A stretch of DNA of 64,000 nt from Candidatus Moraniibacteriota bacterium (GCA_046116545.1 CP175956.1:1089734-1153733), one strand, 5' to 3'. Positions 54,564 to 64,000 are shown, numbered from the stretch's first letter. The notes: generated from the letters alone by a model not told the origin. A program made the numbers and translations.

Positions 54564-57500
54564 TCACAATTTTTCATTAATTTTTTGGTTCCAAGTTTTT
54601 TCTTCAAACATTTTATACACTACTGGCAAAATAACTAATGTCAAAAATGCTGACAATGATAGTCCTGTAATAATAGCCCACGCGAGACCCTCCCACACCG
54701 GATCAGATATAATTGTAAGTGATCCCAATATTGTTGTAAGTGAAGTTAATGCTATCGGAAGTAATCTAGTTTTACCAGCTTTTGTCAAAGCATTTTCAAT
54801 GTTCTCTCCTTTATCTTTCAATTGAAATACATATTCTAAATAAATAATTGCATTATTTACAACTATACCAGCAAGTGCAATAACTCCAATCATACTAGTT
54901 GCATTAAAGTATGTATCATTAAAAACATACAAAACAAAAAATCCAGGTAACACTCCAATCAATGCAAGTGGTATGGTAGCCATTACATATAGAGGAACTC
55001 TAAGTGATTTAAACTGTGCCACAAGCACAAAATAAATAAGAAATATTGCAACCCCGAACGCAATTCCCATATCACGAAATACCTCAAGAGTAAGCTCCCA
55101 TTCTCCCCCAATTTTAACAGAATATCGCTTTCCGTCTTCATCTATATAATTAACTCCAAATAAATTCCAACTCTCGATTTCTGCATTTTCACTAGGCAAT
55201 CTGTATTCAGTCACTAAATATTTAAGCATTTCCATAGAAGCATACACTACACTCCTGCCACTCATTTCACCACCAACATAGACAGTTGGTCTCCGGCCGT
55301 CCATCAAAATAACATCATCCAATGGTAATTCTTCATCTTGCAACAAAGATGCTAGTGAAACCAATTCACCATTTTTAGATCGCATATTTATATGTGACAA
55401 ATCTTGTACATCATCTCTATCTTTCTCTTGTGCACGAAGTGATATGAAATTAGGTTGTGAAAACCTCTTCTCATTATCCAAGCTATCATTATACAAATCT
55501 ATTTGAACTCCACGCATAGTTGCATTTATAGCAAGTATAACGTCATCAACACTAACTCCAACCCTAGTTGATTCCTCTGTATTTATTCTATAAGTTTTTT
55601 CTATAGAATGTTCCAACCTTGAAGTATCTATATCAACAATTCCCTTTAATTGCTTGGTTTCATTTAATAAATTTCCTGCTATCTCCCGCATCATTTCTTG
55701 ATCCTGTCGACTAAACCCCTGCACCTTTAATTGATAAGTTGATAACACTGGAGGTCCTGGAGGATCTTCTATTATTTTTATATTTGCATTTTCACTTATT
55801 CCAATACCTTTTAAGTTTTCACGTACACTGGTTGCTATTTCTTCTGATGTAATTTTCCTATCATCTTTATGTACCAAATTTGCCTTTAGTGTTGCATGAT
55901 TTGACATTTGCCTTGCATCTGAACCTTTGAACAAACCATTGAAATCAATAACTGGTGGTGTTCCTACAGTTGATTGAATTGTTACTATATTTTCATTTTC
56001 AAGCATCCTATGAGAAATTTGTTTTGCTACATCATCAGTCTTTTCAATGCTTGTATTATTTATTGTATCTATATACACATAAAACTGATTCCTATCTGCC
56101 TTTGGTAACATGCGAAATTTAACCAACGCAAATGCTGGTAATAACATCGAGATAACAAGAGCCATTCCAACAATTCCTAATAATATTTTTTGCTTTTTCT
56201 TATCCGCAAAAATTGTAACTATAAATTTTTCATAATTATTTTCAACACTACTCACAAACTTACGAATTTTTGCTCGTAGCTTATTTAATAGACCCTTTGT
56301 ATCTTCTTCCACTGTTAACAATTTATTTCCAATAAAAGGACTTATAGTCAGGGCTACAAAAAGTGAAGCAACGATTGCCACTGGAACAAAAAATGGAATT
56401 GGTCCCATATAAGGACCCATCATTCCTGTTACAAATGCCATGGGAATGAATGCTAAAACCGTAGTAATTGTAGACATCACCAACCCACTACCCACTTCAG
56501 CAACTGCATCTGTTATCACTTCTTCACGATTTTCATTTTTCCGCATCTTCAGATGCCTATACATATTTTCTACAACAACAGTTGCATTGTCTACCAGTAA
56601 TCCAAGCGATAAAATTAGCGCAAATAGTGTAATTCGATTTATCGTTTGATCAAAAAGCATACCAAGTCCAAAAACTGCAAGAAGTGATAAAGGAATAGCA
56701 ATTGCAACTATAAGAGCACTACGCGTATTTAAAAATAAAAGAAGTATAATAACAATAATAACAATTGATGTTATTAGATTTCTAGTTAGACCAAAAATTT
56801 CTTCATTAGCCACATTACCATCATCTCTTACAACATCTATTTCAACATGGCTTGGAATTATATTTTGTTGTTTCAACATTTCTAATTCTTTTTCAACAGC
56901 TTTAGAAACTGTTGTTGCATTTACGCCTCCAAGTTTTGCTATGCCAACATAAACAGCATCTTTACTATCATCTCTTTTTTCAAATCTAACATAATTATCA
57001 ATTGCAATTGGACCATTTTCTACAGTTGCCACATCTTCAATTCTCACAGTTGATCCCTCTATTTCATTTATTACTAATTTTTCTAATTTTTCCTTATTTT
57101 CAATATTTCCAAAAACTCTAATAGATGTATTATGGGAACTATCATCAGTATTAATATTTAATACATGTGTATTATTTGTTTTTATAACACCAATCACCTC
57201 ATTTATGCCAATATTATAATTTGCCAATTTGTCAGTATCTACAAAAATAGAGAGGTCATCAGTTCTTCCACCATGTACACTCATTTTTGCAGTATTTTTC
57301 ACATGCTTCAGAGAATCTACAAGATCAAAAGCAAAAAGCCTCAAAGAACTCTCAGAGAACTTATCCGATGTAAGTGCTAGAGTTATTATTGGCACATCAT
57401 CTGTATCAACTTCTTCAATATATGGATCAACTGCTCCAAGCGGCTTTTCATCCATATTACTTCTAAGTCTCTGAACTAAATCTGTCTTTGCTGCATTTTC

Positions 57501-57833
57501 ATCAGAACCAATATCAAAAGCCACCAACACACTACTGTACCCTGGCATTGATTGTGAATATATATCGTCCACATCACTAATCTCTCTAACCTTATCCTCC
57601 ATTGGACGTGTAACAAGCTCATAAACCTCCTCTGAAGTTGCTCCTGGAAATTCTGTATTAATACGAAATGCAGGTGCTACGATCTCTGGATTATATTGCT
57701 TAGGCATAACAACAAATCCCAACACACCAAAAGCAACAATAAAAAGTATGACTAATACACCCAATTCTTTATTGCGTATAAATACTCCTGCCAATTTTTT
57801 AAAAATATTATTTTGCATAAGATTAGTAATCAA
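54564..57833 (-). CDS. RND-superfamily efflux transporter (AcrB/HAE-like)
   Basis: 1089 aa with 12 TM helices and two large periplasmic loops. The N-terminal 'FIRNKELGVLVILFIVAFGVLGFVVMPKQYNPEIVAPAFRINTEFPGATSEEVYELVTRPMEDKV' matches the ACR_tran pattern. Confidence 0.85.
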   Translation of the reverse strand: MITNLMQNNIFKKLAGVFIRNKELGVLVILFIVAFGVLGFVVMPKQYNPEIVAPAFRINTEFPGATSEEVYELVTRPMEDKVREISDVDDIYSQSMPGYSSVLVAFDIGSDENAAKTDLVQRLRSNMDEKPLGAVDPYIEEVDTDDVPIITLALTSDKFSESSLRLFAFDLVDSLKHVKNTAKMSVHGGRTDDLSIFVDTDKLANYNIGINEVIGVIKTNNTHVLNINTDDSSHNTSIRVFGNIENKEKLEKLVINEIEGSTVRIEDVATVENGPIAIDNYVRFEKRDDSKDAVYVGIAKLGGVNATTVSKAVEKELEMLKQQNIIPSHVEIDVVRDDGNVANEEIFGLTRNLITSIVIIVIILLLFLNTRSALIVAIAIPLSLLAVFGLGMLFDQTINRITLFALILSLGLLVDNATVVVENMYRHLKMRKNENREEVITDAVAEVGSGLVMSTITTVLAFIPMAFVTGMMGPYMGPIPFFVPVAIVASLFVALTISPFIGNKLLTVEEDTKGLLNKLRAKIRKFVSSVENNYEKFIVTIFADKKKQKILLGIVGMALVISMLLPAFALVKFRMLPKADRNQFYVYIDTINNTSIEKTDDVAKQISHRMLENENIVTIQSTVGTPPVIDFNGLFKGSDARQMSNHATLKANLVHKDDRKITSEEIATSVRENLKGIGISENANIKIIEDPPGPPVLSTYQLKVQGFSRQDQEMMREIAGNLLNETKQLKGIVDIDTSRLEHSIEKTYRINTEESTRVGVSVDDVILAINATMRGVQIDLYNDSLDNEKRFSQPNFISLRAQEKDRDDVQDLSHINMRSKNGELVSLASLLQDEELPLDDVILMDGRRPTVYVGGEMSGRSVVYASMEMLKYLVTEYRLPSENAEIESWNLFGVNYIDEDGKRYSVKIGGEWELTLEVFRDMGIAFGVAIFLIYFVLVAQFKSLRVPLYVMATIPLALIGVLPGFFVLYVFNDTYFNATSMIGVIALAGIVVNNAIIYLEYVFQLKDKGENIENALTKAGKTRLLPIALTSLTTILGSLTIISDPVWEGLAWAIITGLSLSAFLTLVILPVVYKMFEEKTWNQKINEKL

Positions 57834-57845
57834 TAAAGAATAAAA

Positions 57846-58865
57846 TTATTTAACAACATGAATTTCATCACCATTCTGAATGTTATGTGCACCTGACACG
57901 ATTATATTCTCGCCCTCGCTTATTCCATCAATAATTACATTTTCATCATTCTCTGTTAAAATATTTACATTTTTCATTTCTGCTACACCTGATTTTTCTA
58001 CAAAAACAAACGTGTCATTGTATTGTTTTATAATTGATTCTTTTGGAATTCTAATTCCACTACTATCACCTACACTAAATTCAACACTAACAAATACACC
58101 TAATTCAATGTTAACATTTTCATCCAAAGCTATTTTAACCAGATTTTTTCTGGTAACTGAATTAATAACCGGACTTACAGCGATAATTTTTGCCTTATAT
58201 ATTTCATCATCATTAATCACATTTACCTGATCGCCAATTTCAAGTACTGTACCAATATTAACTGGCACATCAACTGAAACTTCTTTTTGATTCTCACCTC
58301 CAACAATATATACTATTTGACTTCCTGTCATAACAGTATCTCCATTTTTTATAAAAACTTGTGAAACAACTCCATCAAATGGTGCAACTAATCTTGATTT
58401 AGCCAATATTGCAGCAGCTTGATTGCTAGTTGCTTGCGCACCATCAACTTGCAATTTGAATTGTTCTCTTTCCTCTGGTTTAAAGTCATCCCACTTCCTC
58501 CTCGCTTTTTTTTCTTCCTCTATAGCTATCTGCAATTGTGACTGAGCTCCACTATATTGTGCATTTAATTCTGGAGAGCTAATACTTGCCAATACCTGAC
58601 CTTTTTTAACACTATCCCCCTCCACAACAAAAACATTATTAATATTTCCACCTATCTGAGCAGACAAAACAGCTTCACTAGAATTACTAACTAAGCCTCC
58701 AAAATTTTCATGATTAAAAGCTTCTTCAACACTTGCCTGAACAACTGTAATATTTTGAATATCCTCTGATTTAATTTGTGCCTGTTTTTTTGCAAAACCC
58801 AATACGATAACACTTAAAATAAAAATACCTATACAACCAAAAATTATGTTCTTCATATTATTCAA
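57846..58865 (-). CDS. RND efflux membrane-fusion protein (periplasmic adaptor, HlyD_D23-like)
   Basis: 339 aa with an N-terminal anchor, a coiled-coil hairpin region, and a beta-barrel. The stop is 12 nt before the RND gene start. Confidence 0.8.
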   Translation of the reverse strand: MNNMKNIIFGCIGIFILSVIVLGFAKKQAQIKSEDIQNITVVQASVEEAFNHENFGGLVSNSSEAVLSAQIGGNINNVFVVEGDSVKKGQVLASISSPELNAQYSGAQSQLQIAIEEEKKARRKWDDFKPEEREQFKLQVDGAQATSNQAAAILAKSRLVAPFDGVVSQVFIKNGDTVMTGSQIVYIVGGENQKEVSVDVPVNIGTVLEIGDQVNVINDDEIYKAKIIAVSPVINSVTRKNLVKIALDENVNIELGVFVSVEFSVGDSSGIRIPKESIIKQYNDTFVFVEKSGVAEMKNVNILTENDENVIIDGISEGENIIVSGAHNIQNGDEIHVVK

Positions 58866-58875
58866 AAATTATAAA

Positions 58876-59175
58876 TTACTTTTTTTGTGCTGTTACTACA
58901 ATTTTAACAATTTCATCCTTCATTTTTTGTAATTCTTTCTTTTGTTTTACACCTTTACTAGCATTATCGATATACATATCCAAATGATTCTCAAGTATTG
59001 AGATGTTTGCAGATTTCAATAATCCAATAACTGCTAAATTTTGCTGAATAATATCAAAACATTTTTTATCTGAATTTCCTTCACGTTCAATATTACTTAA
59101 AATTTTATCCAAACTAGTTCGTGCCTTTTTAAGCGCTATCACAACTTTTTGCTTCTGAATATCATTTTTTGTCAT
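58876..59175 (-). CDS. metal-sensing transcriptional repressor, CsoR/RcnR/FrmR family
   Basis: 99 aa all-helical protein. 'ALKKARTSLDKILSNIE...KKCFDIIQQNLAVIGLLKSANISILENHLDMYI' matches the Trns_repr_metal (DUF156) pattern with conserved Cys and His positions. It is the first gene of the MFP-RND operon. Confidence 0.65.
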   Translation of the reverse strand: MTKNDIQKQKVVIALKKARTSLDKILSNIEREGNSDKKCFDIIQQNLAVIGLLKSANISILENHLDMYIDNASKGVKQKKELQKMKDEIVKIVVTAQKK

Positions 59176-59191
59176 ATTTAAAATAAAATAA

Positions 59192-59214
59192 TTATACCTA
59201 TACCATAGGTATAT
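59192..59214. promoter_or_regulatory. candidate CsoR-type operator: perfect palindrome TATACCTAT-ACC-ATAGGTATA just upstream of the repressor gene
   Basis: 9-bp arms at 59193-59201 and 59205-59213, 18-40 bp upstream of the repressor start codon (59175). The TACC...GGTA core resembles known CsoR boxes. Confidence 0.4.
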
Positions 59215-59245
59215 ATACTACAAAATTTTCTGTTTTCTGTCAATA

Positions 59246-59287
59246 GCACAAATTTAAAAGCAACATCATTACAATGTTGCTTTTTTA
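59246..59287 (-). terminator. rho-independent terminator (bidirectional) downstream of the 90-aa hypothetical gene
   Basis: AAAAGCAACAT-CATTACA-ATGTTGCTTTTTT. U-runs sit on both strands. Confidence 0.55.
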
Positions 59288-59296
59288 CAATCTCTA

Positions 59297-59569
59297 TTAA
59301 CTCACAGAGATTGTAACTGGAAATGGAATATGCATTAGAAACATTCTGACTACACTCCTGATAGCTTTTTTTGCATCTTCTTCTGACCATTTTTCATTTT
59401 CATGAAAAAATAAAAAATTATCATTATTTTTTTCATCAGGAATGATTATACAATTATCTCCAGCTGATTTAAAAATATCATGGATGCTTAAATCTGAAGG
59501 AAATCCTCTCATTATGATATTCCACGAAGCACCTTTTTTAATAGGTTCAAACTTAATATCTCCTGCCAT
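59297..59569 (-). CDS. hypothetical small protein (90 aa)
   Basis: An ORF with a terminator right after it. No recognisable motif. An alternative overlapping frame (59178-59390) was not preferred. Confidence 0.35.
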   Translation of the reverse strand: MAGDIKFEPIKKGASWNIIMRGFPSDLSIHDIFKSAGDNCIIIPDEKNNDNFLFFHENEKWSEEDAKKAIRSVVRMFLMHIPFPVTISVS

Positions 59570-59879
59570 ACAACATCTCCCTTTTTATAATGAACTACTT
59601 TTTTAACTTAAAATACATATTACCATACAATTCTCCATATGTCAATATCTAATTTTGTGAATCAACAGACTTCCATGATTCTCTAACTAGAAAATTTAAT
59701 AAACTTGTTACTCCAGAAACTCACCCATACCAACAAGTATCTACTTTCTATAGGGACAGCATTATTAGTATATCCATTCAATATAAAAATTATTTAGAAT
59801 TTATGTATTCATAACATTTATCACTAACTTATAAAAACAACTAGACACTCTGTAATGTCCAGTTATTTTTTTCACCCTT

Positions 59880-62363
59880 TTACTTCCAATAATGTTTTTG
59901 ATCATCTTCAGAAGCTTCTTTTTGTAAAGTAACCTTGGAACGAGCTTTTACTTCTTGCTCAACCACATCTCTATCTCGTCCGTATTTTAATCTAGATAAC
60001 TCTTTAATTGGTTCTATCATATCTTTGTTTCCATCTGTAGGAAATGGTGCACTCAAATTAAATGGTGTTGTAGACACTCCATTCAATAATAACCGTCCAA
60101 AATAATTATAATTATCTACATTAACTAAATCCTTAGACGTGAATACTGGTTCAAATTGTTTTTGCAAGAACTCCGCATCTTCTGGTCCAACTCGATATAC
60201 AGCAATTGAGCCTACGTTACCAAATACAGCTTTTGAGATATCATCAGATAATTGCCCTATGAATTGATGTGCTAAGATAAGTGCCAATCTGTACTTCCGG
60301 GCTTCTGACAAAATTTGTGATATAGAATCAGTTGTTACATTTTGAAATTCATCTATATATAGGTAAAAATCTTTTCTATCTTCTTCTGCCATATCAACTC
60401 GTCCAAGTCCCGCCATAAGTAATTTACCAACAATAATCATACCTAGCAAATGACTGTTTGTTTCACCAATTTTACCTTTAGACAAATTAATAAGTAAAAT
60501 CTTTTGACCATCCATTATTTTTCTGAAATCCAATGTGCTTTTTTGTTGAGAAATAATAGGACGCATCAAATCATTTGATAAAAATGGTGTTAACTTTGAT
60601 GTAATATATGGAACCATATTAGCAAGAGCTGCTTCACCTCCAGCTTTTTCAGCTTCTTCCATCCAGAAACTCCTAACTGTTTCGTTTTTACATTTAGATA
60701 ATTTAAACTTCCGAAATTCATCATCTGCTAAAACTTTTGGTATTTCCATAAGCGTTGATCCAGAATTAGGATCGTCCATTATAAGAAGCATCGCATTACG
60801 CATATATTGCTCAAACATTGGACCACCTGTTGCCTTTAAATCATATAATTTATCAAAAATATTTATTATCTCATTTACAACGAAAGTTTTTTCTTCTGGC
60901 TTATCAACATTATATTCAAGCATGTTCAAGCCAAATGGTCTTTCAGCATCTGCTGGATCAAAATATACTACATCTTCAGCTCGCTCCTTTGGCACAGATG
61001 ATAAAATATCTTCAATTGCATCACCATGTGGATCTATGAAACAAAGTCCATTTCCATTCTTTATGTCCTGTTTTGCCATCTCCTGTGAGATTGTTGACTT
61101 ACCAGTACCAGTTTGTCCAATAATATATAAATGCCTACGACGATCGTTCTGTGCCATATAAACGTCTGTCTTAACACCACGATACTCATTTGCACCTATA
61201 AACACACCCTCCTTTGGAATATCTGTTGGCGGCGGCGCACTTCCAGATTTTAACCATTTAATTTTTGGCGTTTCAGTTGTAGAAATCGGGAAATGAAAAA
61301 TACTTGCCAATTCTTCTACACCAAGTAGCATTGCCTTATCTTCATTGAATGCTCGAAATATATAATTAAATGCCTGTTTCTTTGAATTTTTACCTACATT
61401 TTGAATTGTAAAATGATTTATCCCAGGATTCTCAAATTGTGAAAATGCATTTGACATATGCGCTAATATCTCCTCTGATCTCTCCTGAGTCTCAGCTGAT
61501 GCAACTAATCTGATATTAACCTTAAATCCAGATTTCGTTGTTTTTGATTCTATATTTTTTACAAGCTCTTGCTCTTCTGGTGTTAACTGTACAACTTTAG
61601 TTTGCTCATGATCTTTATTTGTTGCTAATGTTTTATTCACTTCTTTCATTACTCCTTTCATGATTCCACCCTGAGCATCTTTCAGCTGTTTCCCCTGTTG
61701 CATTTCATGAGCTATCTTCTTGCCCTTACTACGCCATGCCTTGCCTGCGTCCCTGAGGATGATTTGTATACTAGCACCCTCACCTGTAGACTTCAACTTA
61801 CTAAATGCATTTGTAATTTCATTCAATGGATCCGCCTCCATCATTTCATATGTTTTAATAGGCAATGAACTAGACTTGCTTAATTTAACAATGCCCATAG
61901 CAGTATAAGATCCTGGTGAAAATATTGTATAATCAGTAACCTTTTCAATCATTGAATCAGGATAATAACTATGCACCTGCTTCTCAAATGAAGATGTGAA
62001 TTTTCTTGGCACTGAAATATAAAATAAAATTTCCTCACCTTCAGCTGGATTTGAAATCTCCAAAGCTATTGTTGGTTTCCCATAAAACATTTTTTTAAAT
62101 AAAATGCTAGTATCTTTTAACTGTACAAAAGAAGCTAATAGCTGCTCCATTTCACCAATCTCTTCTTTCCACAAATCAGGATTTTGTTTATGCTGCTCTT
62201 TATCATAATTTTTCGTAACTCGTACAACCTCCAAATCTTCATTCATTGATATATTAATCAATTCTTTATAACCAAAAATACTTTTCAAGATAAGTATTGT
62301 TCCTGTTATAAAACTAATCAAGCCAAAAGCAGCTATTGTAATCATTATAAGGGTAGTTTCCAT
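59880..62363 (-). CDS. membrane-anchored P-loop ATPase of the type IV coupling-protein family (VirD4/TraG/TraD-like; TraG-D_C-type C-terminal domain)
   Basis: 827 aa with an N-terminal TM helix. Walker A is 'IIGQTGTGKST'. Walker B / TraG-D_C block is 'FYLYIDEFQNVTTDSISQILSEARKYRLALILAHQFIGQL...VFGNVGSIAVYRVGPEDAEFL'. Confidence 0.55.
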   Translation of the reverse strand: METTLIMITIAAFGLISFITGTILILKSIFGYKELINISMNEDLEVVRVTKNYDKEQHKQNPDLWKEEIGEMEQLLASFVQLKDTSILFKKMFYGKPTIALEISNPAEGEEILFYISVPRKFTSSFEKQVHSYYPDSMIEKVTDYTIFSPGSYTAMGIVKLSKSSSLPIKTYEMMEADPLNEITNAFSKLKSTGEGASIQIILRDAGKAWRSKGKKIAHEMQQGKQLKDAQGGIMKGVMKEVNKTLATNKDHEQTKVVQLTPEEQELVKNIESKTTKSGFKVNIRLVASAETQERSEEILAHMSNAFSQFENPGINHFTIQNVGKNSKKQAFNYIFRAFNEDKAMLLGVEELASIFHFPISTTETPKIKWLKSGSAPPPTDIPKEGVFIGANEYRGVKTDVYMAQNDRRRHLYIIGQTGTGKSTISQEMAKQDIKNGNGLCFIDPHGDAIEDILSSVPKERAEDVVYFDPADAERPFGLNMLEYNVDKPEEKTFVVNEIINIFDKLYDLKATGGPMFEQYMRNAMLLIMDDPNSGSTLMEIPKVLADDEFRKFKLSKCKNETVRSFWMEEAEKAGGEAALANMVPYITSKLTPFLSNDLMRPIISQQKSTLDFRKIMDGQKILLINLSKGKIGETNSHLLGMIIVGKLLMAGLGRVDMAEEDRKDFYLYIDEFQNVTTDSISQILSEARKYRLALILAHQFIGQLSDDISKAVFGNVGSIAVYRVGPEDAEFLQKQFEPVFTSKDLVNVDNYNYFGRLLLNGVSTTPFNLSAPFPTDGNKDMIEPIKELSRLKYGRDRDVVEQEVKARSKVTLQKEASEDDQKHYWK

Positions 62364-62422
62364 ATTTTTATTTTATTTACCAATTCATAGACATATTATA
62401 TCACTTTTTATAATAAAACCAA

Positions 62423-62457
62423 AAACAAAACCCCATGATTAATTCATGAGGTTTTAT
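62423..62457 (-). terminator. rho-independent terminator of hup
   Basis: AAAACCCCATGA-TTAAT-TCATGAGGTTTT is a 12-bp stem with one mismatch. GUUUUUGG follows on the minus strand. Confidence 0.55.
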
Positions 62458-62491
62458 TTCCATCTTTTTGTAAAATGGTATGTTCATCAAA

Positions 62492-62776
62492 CTATGCTTT
62501 AACTGCATCCTTCAAACCTTTACCAGCTTTGAACTTTGGTACAGTTGTTGCAGCGATTTGAATTTTTTCTCCTGTCTTTGGATTTACTCCTTGACGAGCT
62601 TTTCTGTCAGATGTAGAAAATGTTCCAAACCCTGTAAAAGCAACTTCATTACGAGCTTGCAATTGACTTGTTACCTCATCGATGAAAGCTTCTAGAAAAC
62701 GTTCTGTATCAGCTTTACTCATATCAGTCTTTGCAGCAACTGCAGCTACGAATGTACTTTTATTTATCTTTGCCAT
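62492..62776 (-). CDS. hup: DNA-binding protein HU
   Basis: 94 aa. 'MAKINKSTFVAAVAAKTDMSKADTERFLEAFIDEV' and the arm 'RKARQGVNPKTGEKIQIAATTVPKFKAGKGLKDAV' are classic HU / IHF-fold features. Confidence 0.9.
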   Translation of the reverse strand: MAKINKSTFVAAVAAKTDMSKADTERFLEAFIDEVTSQLQARNEVAFTGFGTFSTSDRKARQGVNPKTGEKIQIAATTVPKFKAGKGLKDAVKA

Positions 62777-62942
62777 TATATTTTCACCTGCCTTTCCATT
62801 TTAAAATTTTACATGATTATTTTGCAATGTCCCTATTCTACTACGTTTTTAGTAAATAAGGCAAGTCGTGCTATCCACAACTTGCCTAAATAATACTAAT
62901 AATATATTTTTTGTCAAATATATTCCATAAATATAAAACAAA

Positions 62943-62973
62943 AAAACGCTCACATGTGAGCGTTTTTTATTCT
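62943..62973 (-). terminator. rho-independent terminator of rny (perfect palindrome)
   Basis: AAAAAAACGCTCACATGTGAGCGTTTTTT. The stem CGCTCACA / TGTGAGCG has A- and T-runs on both sides, 8 nt after the rny stop. Confidence 0.7.
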
Positions 62974-62980
62974 TCAAAGT

Positions 62981-64000
62981 TTATCTTGCATACTCAATTG
63001 AACGAGTTTCTCTGAGAAGATTTATTTTTATCTCTCCAGGATATTTCAATTCTCCTTCAATTTTGTCAGCAATTTCTCTAGCTAATTTTGAAGCTTGCAA
63101 ATCATCTATCTCTTCAGGATTTACAAATATTCTTATTTCACGACCAGCTTGAATAGCGTAACACTTTTCTACTCCATCAAAATTTCCTGTAAGTGTTTCC
63201 AACTCTTCCAATCTCTTCAAATAATTTTCAACAGTATCCTTACGCGCTCCAGGACGTGCAGCACTAAGTGCATCCGCTGCAGTAATGATATAAGACTCTG
63301 CTGTAGAATATGGATATTCTTCATGATGTGATTTCATTGCATCAATAACTTTTTGATCAATTCCAAATTTCTCCAAAATTTTAATGCCAATTTCAACATG
63401 AGTCCCTTGAACTTCATGATCAACAGCTTTTCCAATATCATGGAAAAGTCCAGCCATCTTTGCAGTTTTCACATCACAACCTAATTCAGCCGCCATTGCC
63501 CCAGAAAGGTATGATACTTCCAATGAGTGCAAAAGTACGTTTTGTTTAAAACTTGTACGATACCTAAGTCGCCCAAGCATATAAAGCAATTTTGGATTAA
63601 GTCCTGCAATCCCTACTTCATAAGCAGCCGCATCACCAGCTTCTTTAATACGATTATCTAATTCTTTCTCAGCCCACACAACTGTTTCTTCAATTTTTGC
63701 AGGATGGATTCTTCCATCTTCTATCAATTTTTCAAGTGCAACTTTTGCAACTTCTCTACGTACTGGATCAAATGATGAAAGCACAATAGAATCTGGTGTT
63801 TCATCTATAATAATTTCTACACCAGTCATTCTTTCCAAAGAACGAATATTTCGCCCTTCTCGTCCTATTATCTTACCTTTTATATCTTCATTTGGAATTG
63901 ATAATGTTGACGTCATCACCTCTGCTGCATGTGAACGAGAATATTTTTGTATAACATGTGTCATTATATCTCTAGCCTCTTTTTCTAATTCATCATGAGA
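62981..64000 (-). CDS. rny: ribonuclease Y (partial; the N-terminus lies beyond the window end)
   Basis: The KH domain 'KGKIIGREGRNIRSLERMTGVEIIIDETPDSIVLSSFDPVRRE' and HD domain 'LLHSLEVSYLSGAMAAELG...AGLFHDIGKAVDHE' are present. The reading frame stays open to position 64000, and RNase Y is usually ~520 aa. Confidence 0.9.
   Translation of the reverse strand, partial: SHDELEKEARDIMTHVIQKYSRSHAAEVMTSTLSIPNEDIKGKIIGREGRNIRSLERMTGVEIIIDETPDSIVLSSFDPVRREVAKVALEKLIEDGRIHPAKIEETVVWAEKELDNRIKEAGDAAAYEVGIAGLNPKLLYMLGRLRYRTSFKQNVLLHSLEVSYLSGAMAAELGCDVKTAKMAGLFHDIGKAVDHEVQGTHVEIGIKILEKFGIDQKVIDAMKSHHEEYPYSTAESYIITAADALSAARPGARKDTVENYLKRLEELETLTGNFDGVEKCYAIQAGREIRIFVNPEEIDDLQASKLAREIADKIEGELKYPGEIKINLLRETRSIEYAR

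Noticed and set aside
59288-59318. Inverted repeat ACAATCTCT...AGAGATTGT as a second terminator
   Set aside because: It overlaps the 3' end and stop of the 90-aa ORF and lacks a U-run. The adjacent 59246-59287 hairpin is the better terminator.
62860-62890. 8-bp inverted repeat AGGCAAGT/ACTTGCCT upstream of hup as an sRNA or regulatory site
   Set aside because: It is short and isolated, with no U-run or recognisable promoter relationship. Eight base pairs is too weak a signal to call without comparative data.

Overview
This is an AT-rich (roughly one-third GC), densely packed bacterial chromosomal segment. About 40 protein-coding genes sit on the minus strand. I found only one convincing plus-strand gene, a 55-aa ORF with a perfect Shine-Dalgarno and its own terminator. 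Most genes have no recognisable SD, the standard genetic code is used, and I found no tRNA, rRNA or CRISPR.

These properties fit a small-genome low-GC bacterium (CPR/Patescibacteria-like or Firmicutes-related); I cannot assign taxonomy from sequence alone.

Housekeeping genes: ileS (with a T-box leader), argS, pyk, map, ruvX, rlmH, a SpoU methyltransferase, recO, lgt, hup, rny (partial at the window edge), and a beta-CASP MBL ribonuclease.

Envelope and transport genes: a P-type ATPase, an AI-2E transporter, a CsoR-like repressor + membrane-fusion protein + RND pump operon, two rhodanese genes, DUF2892, two glycosyltransferases (GT2, GT4), a GH1 hydrolase, and LysM/LytR_C and DUF218 membrane proteins.

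The most striking content is three giant secreted or surface proteins of 3250, 2790 and 1878 aa. The first two are mosaic paralogs with near-identical N-terminal (~250 aa) and C-terminal (~470 aa) modules. Their central cassettes are completely different: discoidin + Gly-rich + LamG + ten 51-aa propeller repeats in one, and three RCC1 propellers + a phage-tail-collar domain in the other. The RCC1 gene contains a 391-bp 100% identical internal direct repeat. Both carry tail-fibre-like 'NVGIGTTxP' repeats.

Other notable items are two paralogous membrane-anchored proteins with a GH73-like motif and a 4-Cys signature, two candidate structured RNA elements in unusually long intergenic regions, and an orphan VirD4/TraG-like coupling ATPase.
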